The notes under the pieces are model-generated. The model was given only the letters and a program-made list of their open reading frames with translations, was not told the DNA's origin and did no database searches. 64,000 nucleotides of DNA from Pseudomonadota bacterium. Its GTDB lineage: Bacteria > Bdellovibrionota_F > JAHFAK01 > JBDREC01. Location of the stretch: the NCBI GenBank assembly GCA_043820105.1, contig JBDREC010000004.1:5682-69681 (forward strand), in the 5' to 3' direction. Shown piece after piece: positions 58,259 through 64,000 of the stretch. Position numbers and translations under genes: made by a program. Each line of letters starts with the position of its first letter. The first letter of the stretch is position 1.

Positions 58259-58625
58259 TTTGATGGCTCCTTTGCTTGCGATTTTTTACTCACATAATGT
58301 ATTATTTCAGCAATTGCTGTGCCAAAAGCTGCCCAGAAAAATGGTGTGTAATATCGAGCAGTTATTTTGAGTCTTTTTTGTCTTTTATGTTAAAGGTTAA
58401 GTATTTTACTATAAACTAAGGCTTTAAGGGATGTGGCTGTCTCAGGACCAGAATTTAGATTTGTGACTTATTTAGGCCTATTAAAATTCAATTTAAGTTT
58501 CTGTTTACAAGTGTTTGAAAATATAAGGATAATGTTTTGTGGTTTTGGCACATTCTTTGCAAAAGTTGTTTAAGAATTCAAGGAGGAATTTTTTTAATTT
58601 AAACTAGGTTGTTAAAATAAGGGAT

Positions 58626-59285
58626 ATGAAAAAGCTATTCTTAAAATACTCATTATGCTTATTGATTTCATTTATTAGCTATAATCTTATATCTTGTTCT
58701 GTGGAAAATTCTTTTGATGAACAAATCTTTGCACCACTTGATGTTTCGGTTTTCTCTGTTAATGAAGATTTTGATTTTGAAATATATACAGATAATGACA
58801 ATGACCATATTATTGATATTTTTGATAATTGTCCTGAGGTAAAAAATAATAACCAACGAGACACAGATAATGATGGTCTTGGTGATGCCTGTGATAATGA
58901 TGAAGAATTGAGTAATGAAGCGCAAGAGTCATCTGTTTCGAGCGATGACAATAATGATAGCACTTCTGATAAAAATTATGATGATGAGAATAACGAAGAT
59001 GATTTTATTGATACTGATAATGATGGAATTGAAGATGAATCTGATAATTGTCCAGATATTTCGAATGAATATCAGTATGATGAGGATTTTGATGGATATG
59101 GAGATTCCTGTGATCAGTGTCCACTTGATCACGATGATGATATGATTGATTCTGATAATGATGGAATAAAGGACCTTTGTCCAGCGGATTCTGATTTAGA
59201 TGAGCTTGACCCTGTAGCTGGATATACATCTAGAGGCAATCGCGGAACAGAAAGCAAATGCTCTTATGGAAGCTTTTGTAAGTAA
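58626..59285 (+). CDS. Lipoprotein with thrombospondin type-3-like Ca-binding repeats
   Basis: Lipobox LISCSV. Repeated DxDxDGxxDxxDNCP motifs (DTDNDGLGDACDND; DTDNDGIEDESDNCP; DSDNDGIKDLCP). Confidence 0.6.
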   Translation: MKKLFLKYSLCLLISFISYNLISCSVENSFDEQIFAPLDVSVFSVNEDFDFEIYTDNDNDHIIDIFDNCPEVKNNNQRDTDNDGLGDACDNDEELSNEAQESSVSSDDNNDSTSDKNYDDENNEDDFIDTDNDGIEDESDNCPDISNEYQYDEDFDGYGDSCDQCPLDHDDDMIDSDNDGIKDLCPADSDLDELDPVAGYTSRGNRGTESKCSYGSFCK

Positions 59286-59348
59286 TAAATATAAAATCAT
59301 AATTAAATACAATTGCAATTTATTTCCAGCTTAAGTTAAATTCGCTTC

Positions 59349-60413
59349 ATGACAAAAAAGATAATACATATTGATATGGATTGTTTTTATGCAGCCATCG
59401 AAATTAGAGACAATCCAGAATTAAAAAACAAACCCGTAGCCGTTGGAGGTAGCCCTGATGAAAGAGGCGTTTTAGCTACAGCTAATTATGTTGCAAGAAA
59501 GTTTGGAGTTCATTCTGCACTTTCATCAAGATCAGCGGTGCAAAGATGTTCTAAGCTTATAATAATACCTCCTGATTTTAAAAAATATAAGGAAGAAAGC
59601 CGAATTATAATGGATATCTTTCATGATTATACAGATCTTATTGAGCCACTTTCTTTAGATGAGGCCTTTTTAGATGTTACTTTTTCTGAAAAACATAAAA
59701 ATAGCGCAACCTTGATAGCTAAGGAAATACTAAATAGAATAAAAACTGAAAGGAACTTAACAGCCTCCGCTGGAGTTGCACCTAATAAGCTATTAGCCAA
59801 GATTGCTTCTGATATTAATAAACCCAATGGTATTTTTATAATTACACCAAAAGATATAGATTCATTTGTTTTTAAATTACCAGTTAAAAGACTTTTTGGG
59901 GTTGGGAAGGTTACAGAAAGTAAGATGAAGGCCTTGGGAGTAAACTCGTGTTCTGATTTGCAATTTTTAACAAAAACAAAACTGCAAAAAGAGTTTGGAA
60001 AATTTGGGAATCAGCTTTTTAATATGTGCAGAGGTATTGATACTCGTGATGTTGATACGTCAAGAGTGCGAAAATCCTTAAGTGTTGAAAGAACATTCAA
60101 TGAAGATCTTGTTAATTTGTTTGAATTAAAAAAAAATCTACCCTCTATTTTTGATGAATTTTCAAGAAGGTTTTTAAAAATCAAAAGAACTGCTAGGATT
60201 AAAGCGTGTTTTGTTAAAATTAAATTCAATGATTTTACACAAACAACTGTAGATAGTTGTGAATTAAAAGAGCCATCTTTATCATCTTTTAAGGCCCTTT
60301 TAGAAAGAGGGTTTTTGAGAAAAGAAATACCAGTTAGATTAATAGGTCTGGGGGTTAGACTTGATAGTGATAAAAATGAAGAAGAAAGACCTTATCAAAT
60401 GGGACTTTTTTGA
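59349..60413 (+). CDS. dinB: DNA polymerase IV (Y-family)
   Basis: IIHIDMDCFYAAIEIRDNPELKNKPVAVGG...LSLDEAFLDVT is the canonical DinB N-terminus and palm. Confidence 0.85.
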   Translation: MTKKIIHIDMDCFYAAIEIRDNPELKNKPVAVGGSPDERGVLATANYVARKFGVHSALSSRSAVQRCSKLIIIPPDFKKYKEESRIIMDIFHDYTDLIEPLSLDEAFLDVTFSEKHKNSATLIAKEILNRIKTERNLTASAGVAPNKLLAKIASDINKPNGIFIITPKDIDSFVFKLPVKRLFGVGKVTESKMKALGVNSCSDLQFLTKTKLQKEFGKFGNQLFNMCRGIDTRDVDTSRVRKSLSVERTFNEDLVNLFELKKNLPSIFDEFSRRFLKIKRTARIKACFVKIKFNDFTQTTVDSCELKEPSLSSFKALLERGFLRKEIPVRLIGLGVRLDSDKNEEERPYQMGLF

Positions 60414-61882
60414 GCCTTTCTTTTGCTTGCTACATCAAGCCATTTTTTACCAATTAATAGGGCTATCGGAGAAATCATTGTTGAAATACCTACTATAATC
60501 CACATTAGTTCAGTGTTTCTAGGACCTTCAGCTGGACAGAGATTGGCTAATAATATTCCTGTTATTGGTCCTGCGCCGACTTTTGCGAAAAACATGGGAA
60601 CCAGTGAAAGGGACATATAGGAAGCTATTTGATCTTTGGGTGCAACCTCTGCTGTGTAATCATACAGTCTTGGAGACCAAAGGGCTTCACCAACTGATAG
60701 AAAAACCTGGAAAAGTACTATCATTAGAATACTTTCATTAATACCCATAAATAAAACTGATGCTGCACTTATGAAGCAGCCAATTATAATTACCTTATAG
60801 GCGTGCAATTTACCAGTTAGTGCTGTCATAACAGGAACCAGGAATATAATTATTATTGGATTAATAATATATAATTTTCCAGTCCATTCCTTAAGGCCAA
60901 TGCGATCCATGTACATCGGATAGAGGGAGTGATTATATTGAAAAATCATTTTAACTAGAACCAAAAGGAACATGAAAATAATGAATATCCAGAAAAGTCT
61001 GTCTGAGCCAACTTCTTTCATGATTTCCCAAGGCATTTTCTTCTTCTTGTTAGCCGGTTCTTTGCTTTCTTCAACTTTTGTTTCTGCTTTTATTTCCTTT
61101 GATGCGATTTCTCGATAGGCTTCTTTAGGAATAGTGTTTCTGACAAAGAAAAACACTAAAAATAAAGAGGCTATTGTACTTATAATAGCAACAAAAAACA
61201 CACACTGTATGGGGGAAATTGATAAATTCAAACCTAAAAAATTAAAATTAATGGCTGTTTTAAAGATTCCTCTAACTGAATCTAAAACTAGTCCAGCCAT
61301 AACTGCACCAACATTCATAACTACATAATACCAGGAAAAGGCATATCTCTGAACCTTTTTAGTGGAAAAAATCTTAACTGCGGCTGTTATTAGGGGGATC
61401 ATATAGGCAAAGCCAATTGAAAGAACTGCAAGACCTGGATACACTACCCAGGGATTTACAGTAAAGGTTATGGCAATTCGGCCAACCAGAGCGATTCCTA
61501 ATCCAAGTAAGAGAGCTTTTTTTATGCCTAGGCTGTCGGCTATAAAGCCAACAAACAGCATAAAAAAGGACATTGAGGCTGAGAAGATTCCAAAAACGGT
61601 GCCTGCCATTGTGTCTGATAAGCCCATGTCTTTAGTCAAAAAATGCATTAACACAAGCACTGATGAAAAGTAACAAAGGGATTCAAGGACTTTAATAGCA
61701 AAAGCGATCCAGATTTCTCGCGGACAATAAAATAGACCCTTAAGGCCAATCCAATAATCTAGAAAGACTTCTTTTAAGTAGCTTGTTCCTGATTTTGCTG
61801 TAGCTTCCATTTTCTCCTCCAATATTAGGTTTACATAATACCCATAACTTCCTAACATGTCTGTGAATATTTTTATTGGCAT
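60395..61882 (-). CDS. MFS transporter
   Basis: 12-TM profile. GFIADSLGIKKAL (MFS motif A-like). Confidence 0.65.
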   Translation of the reverse strand: MPIKIFTDMLGSYGYYVNLILEEKMEATAKSGTSYLKEVFLDYWIGLKGLFYCPREIWIAFAIKVLESLCYFSSVLVLMHFLTKDMGLSDTMAGTVFGIFSASMSFFMLFVGFIADSLGIKKALLLGLGIALVGRIAITFTVNPWVVYPGLAVLSIGFAYMIPLITAAVKIFSTKKVQRYAFSWYYVVMNVGAVMAGLVLDSVRGIFKTAINFNFLGLNLSISPIQCVFFVAIISTIASLFLVFFFVRNTIPKEAYREIASKEIKAETKVEESKEPANKKKKMPWEIMKEVGSDRLFWIFIIFMFLLVLVKMIFQYNHSLYPMYMDRIGLKEWTGKLYIINPIIIIFLVPVMTALTGKLHAYKVIIIGCFISAASVLFMGINESILMIVLFQVFLSVGEALWSPRLYDYTAEVAPKDQIASYMSLSLVPMFFAKVGAGPITGILLANLCPAEGPRNTELMWIIVGISTMISPIALLIGKKWLDVASKRKAQKSPI

Positions 61883-62047
61883 GCTAATATTCTGAAAGCA
61901 AGATAAAAAATTATATGAAAAATTTTAATATTTCTTGGTTTTTGCTTGTGTGGAAAGATGTTCAAGGAATCTTCTTGCTTTTTAAAGCCTTTTTTGATGA
62001 ATCAATAAGCTAGAAATGTCGGATAAATTATTATTGGGAAAAAACTT

Positions 62048-63292
62048 ATGTCACATGAAAAGATATCAAGTGAAACAGTCATATCTATTTTGCGTACAAC
62101 AGATGAGCTACATAATTTAAAAGATGTTGACGCTGTAATTGATCACTTGTTGCATGAATCACGCAAATTGACAAACTCTGAGGCTGGTTCTGTTTTTTTA
62201 ATGGAAGGCAATGAGCTCGTTTTTTCATATGTGCATAATGACGTTTTGTTTCAAAAAAACGATTCAAGTGCCGCGATTTATGAAGATATTAAAATTCCTG
62301 TAAATAAAAATTCAATAGTTGGGTATTCAGCAATTACTGGTGAAATTCTTTCAATAGATGATGTTTATAATATTAGCAATGCTGTTCCTTATAAATTCAA
62401 TGATGCCTTTGATAAAAAATCAGGATATGTAACAAAATCAGTCTTAACAATTCCTTTAAAAACCATGCAAGAAAATCTTGTTGGTATAATGCAGCTTATA
62501 AATACAAAAGACAAATCTGGAAATATCGTAAATTTTTCTGAGGAAGACAAACTTTATGTTCCACTTCTTGCTTCTTATGCAACTGTTGCAATTGAGCGTG
62601 GAAAGATGAATAGGGAATTGATTCTTAGGATGATGAAATTAGCAGAACTTAGAGATCCCCTGGAAACAGGTGGCCATGTTCAGCGTGTGGGTGCATATTC
62701 TTCTGAGATATATCAACACTATGCTGTGAAAAAGGGAATAGATAAAAAAGAAATGAAAAATACAAGAGACCTCATACGTTTGGCAGCAATGCTCCATGAT
62801 GTTGGGAAGGTTGGCATTTCAGATACAATTTTAAAAAAACCAGCAAAACTTGATGAAGATGAATTTAATCAAATGAAATTGCATACTATTTATGGAGCTC
62901 AAGTTTTTGTTAATAAAACAGCATCTCCTATTGATGATATGGCAAGAGAAATTGCTCTTCACCATCATCAAAAGTTTGATGGCACTGGTTATCCGGGTGT
63001 TGTTAATAACCTGTCTGAACTACAAATTTTTAATGATAAATGCTTAAAGGGTGAGGATATTCCGCTTCCTGCTAGGATTGTAGCCCTGGCGGATGTATTT
63101 GACGCTTTGTCATCAGCCAGATATTATAAGCCGCCCTGGCCAGATGATAAAATCATCAAGGTCATTAAGGAAAACTCTGGAACTCAATTTGATCCTGAAA
63201 TGGTTGATTCATTTTTAGATATTTTTGATGTAATGGTTGCCATTAGAAATAAATATAAAGATGATATTATGCCAATGCTTTCTAGAAAGTAA
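62048..63292 (+). CDS. GAF-domain HD-GYP phosphohydrolase (probable c-di-GMP phosphodiesterase)
   Basis: N-terminal GAF-like region. LAAMLHDVGKVGI ... HHHQKFDGTGYP is the HD-GYP signature. Confidence 0.75.
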   Translation: MSHEKISSETVISILRTTDELHNLKDVDAVIDHLLHESRKLTNSEAGSVFLMEGNELVFSYVHNDVLFQKNDSSAAIYEDIKIPVNKNSIVGYSAITGEILSIDDVYNISNAVPYKFNDAFDKKSGYVTKSVLTIPLKTMQENLVGIMQLINTKDKSGNIVNFSEEDKLYVPLLASYATVAIERGKMNRELILRMMKLAELRDPLETGGHVQRVGAYSSEIYQHYAVKKGIDKKEMKNTRDLIRLAAMLHDVGKVGISDTILKKPAKLDEDEFNQMKLHTIYGAQVFVNKTASPIDDMAREIALHHHQKFDGTGYPGVVNNLSELQIFNDKCLKGEDIPLPARIVALADVFDALSSARYYKPPWPDDKIIKVIKENSGTQFDPEMVDSFLDIFDVMVAIRNKYKDDIMPMLSRK

Positions 63293-63379
63293 GGCCCTTG
63301 CAATATTTTGTAAATTCTTCCTTAAAAGCTTTAACAGCTGGAGCCTTATACTTTTCATAATTAATTTTGGGAGTTTACA

Positions 63380-64000
63380 ATGAAAATTAAAATATTTTTC
63401 ATCTTTATTTTTTCACTTATATATTTTTCAAATTCATTTTCAGATGAAACTTCAAAAGCTATCATTTGGAATCCTGACAAAGCAAATATTGGAAAAACTG
63501 CCAAAACGAATTTAATTAAAGGCATAAAAATATTATATGGTGAAAAAAGTGATATACTAATGATAGAAACAGAAAAACAACCAAGTATCTCTGCAAAAAA
63601 ATTTAATTATTCAAAATATGATAAGCAATTGGCAAAACTAGTAGTTAATCTATATGGATCAAAAAGTACTTATGAGGTGGGGAAAGCATTTTTATTTAAG
63701 GAAACAGCTGTAAGAAGTATTAAGTTTATTGAACATTTAGATGATTTAAACATTACAATTGAACTTAGAAATACTTATGATTTAGATGTGTATTTTAGTT
63801 CAACTCCTTCTGCTATAATGATTGAGTTTTTTAAATTAAATGTTGTGCCCTATGAAAAAGAAATTCCAATTGAAACAATTAATAAAATTGCAGATGACTC
63901 TGATAAAAAAGTAGAGCAGCCCAAACCTGAAACCAACGCAGAGGCGAAAAAGGAAACAAGCGTAAGCTTTATTCAAATAAAGAGTAAGCCAAAAGGAGCT
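63380..64000 (+). CDS. AMIN-domain secreted protein (AmiC/PilQ-type N-terminal domain), 3'-truncated by the window end
   Basis: GGGAG RBS. Signal peptide. VRSIKFIEHLDDLNITIELRNTYDLDVYFSSTPSAIMIEF resembles the AMIN domain. Open to the end of the window. Confidence 0.5.
   Translation, partial: MKIKIFFIFIFSLIYFSNSFSDETSKAIIWNPDKANIGKTAKTNLIKGIKILYGEKSDILMIETEKQPSISAKKFNYSKYDKQLAKLVVNLYGSKSTYEVGKAFLFKETAVRSIKFIEHLDDLNITIELRNTYDLDVYFSSTPSAIMIEFFKLNVVPYEKEIPIETINKIADDSDKKVEQPKPETNAEAKKETSVSFIQIKSKPKGA

Noticed and set aside
1557-62267. About 55 short ORFs (60-145 aa) from the six-frame track that lie antisense to or inside larger well-supported genes. Examples: 1557-1967, 6484-6672, 8787-9062, 12108-12332, 13645-14076, 14794-15045, 19858-20088, 27660-27944, 30640-30852, 33086-33331, 36063-36254, 37224-37550, 41245-41460, 42159-42371, 43273-43548, 45403-45759, 47186-47623, 51980-52327, 52683-52994, 54952-55258, 56742-56984, the 58668-59229 set, 60011-60229, 61134-61673 and 62085-62267.
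   Set aside because: They lie fully within longer ORFs that have clear family signatures, lack RBSs, and have the low-complexity or hydrophobic composition expected from antisense translation of AT-rich coding DNA.
1-64000. tRNA genes, IS elements or transposases, integrases, prophage genes.
   Set aside because: No T-loop or GTTCGAATC-like tRNA signatures were found, and no DDE or Tyr-recombinase-like ORFs. The repeat structures present are short tandem arrays rather than IS terminal inverted repeats.

Overview
This is an AT-rich chromosomal window (roughly 30-35% GC by eye) from a Gram-negative bacterium. Gram-negative features include outer-membrane beta-barrel proteins ending in Phe, many lipobox lipoproteins, type IV pilins, an RND/MMPL exporter and an AMIN-domain protein. 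A Myxococcus-type Cys-rich 'putative metal-binding motif' and the abundance of large secreted proteins and proteases suggest a Bdellovibrionota- or Myxococcota-like lifestyle; this is inference only. I support about 50 protein-coding genes. I found no rRNA, tRNA, CRISPR array, transposase or integrase. The housekeeping or recognisable genes are tdh/kbl, acpS, a transketolase-family gene, rlmH, dinB, psuK/psuG, a PAS histidine kinase, a GAF/HD-GYP protein, transporters and proteases. Five things stand out. (1) A four-gene, translationally coupled peptide-modification-like cassette at 38836-42058 (PF14907-type nucleotidyltransferase, PqqD-like RRE, HprK-like kinase, PRMT-like methyltransferase) has no lasso cyclase or protease. 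It is followed by a promoter-driven 63-aa Tat-signal, Met-rich peptide. (2) An approximately 1.2-kb ORF-free, GC-enriched segment at 48812-50016 sits between a near-consensus sigma70 promoter and a strong intrinsic terminator. It is a candidate large structured ncRNA that I cannot assign to a known family. (3) Tandem heptanucleotide repeat arrays of at least five sequence families are dispersed genome-wide, usually as inverted pairs just after stop codons or in 5'UTRs. One composite element is present in two inverted copies. (4) A putative slipped-strand contingency locus has a signal-peptide mini-ORF encoded through an AATCTTA heptamer array. It is one frame out of register with a 5'-nucleotidase C-domain body that has no start codon. 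(5) A tdh-acpS-acs-like-ACP-kbl cluster. There is also a paralogous family of large lipoproteins with N-terminal [IL][IL][ST]R[NT]D repeats.
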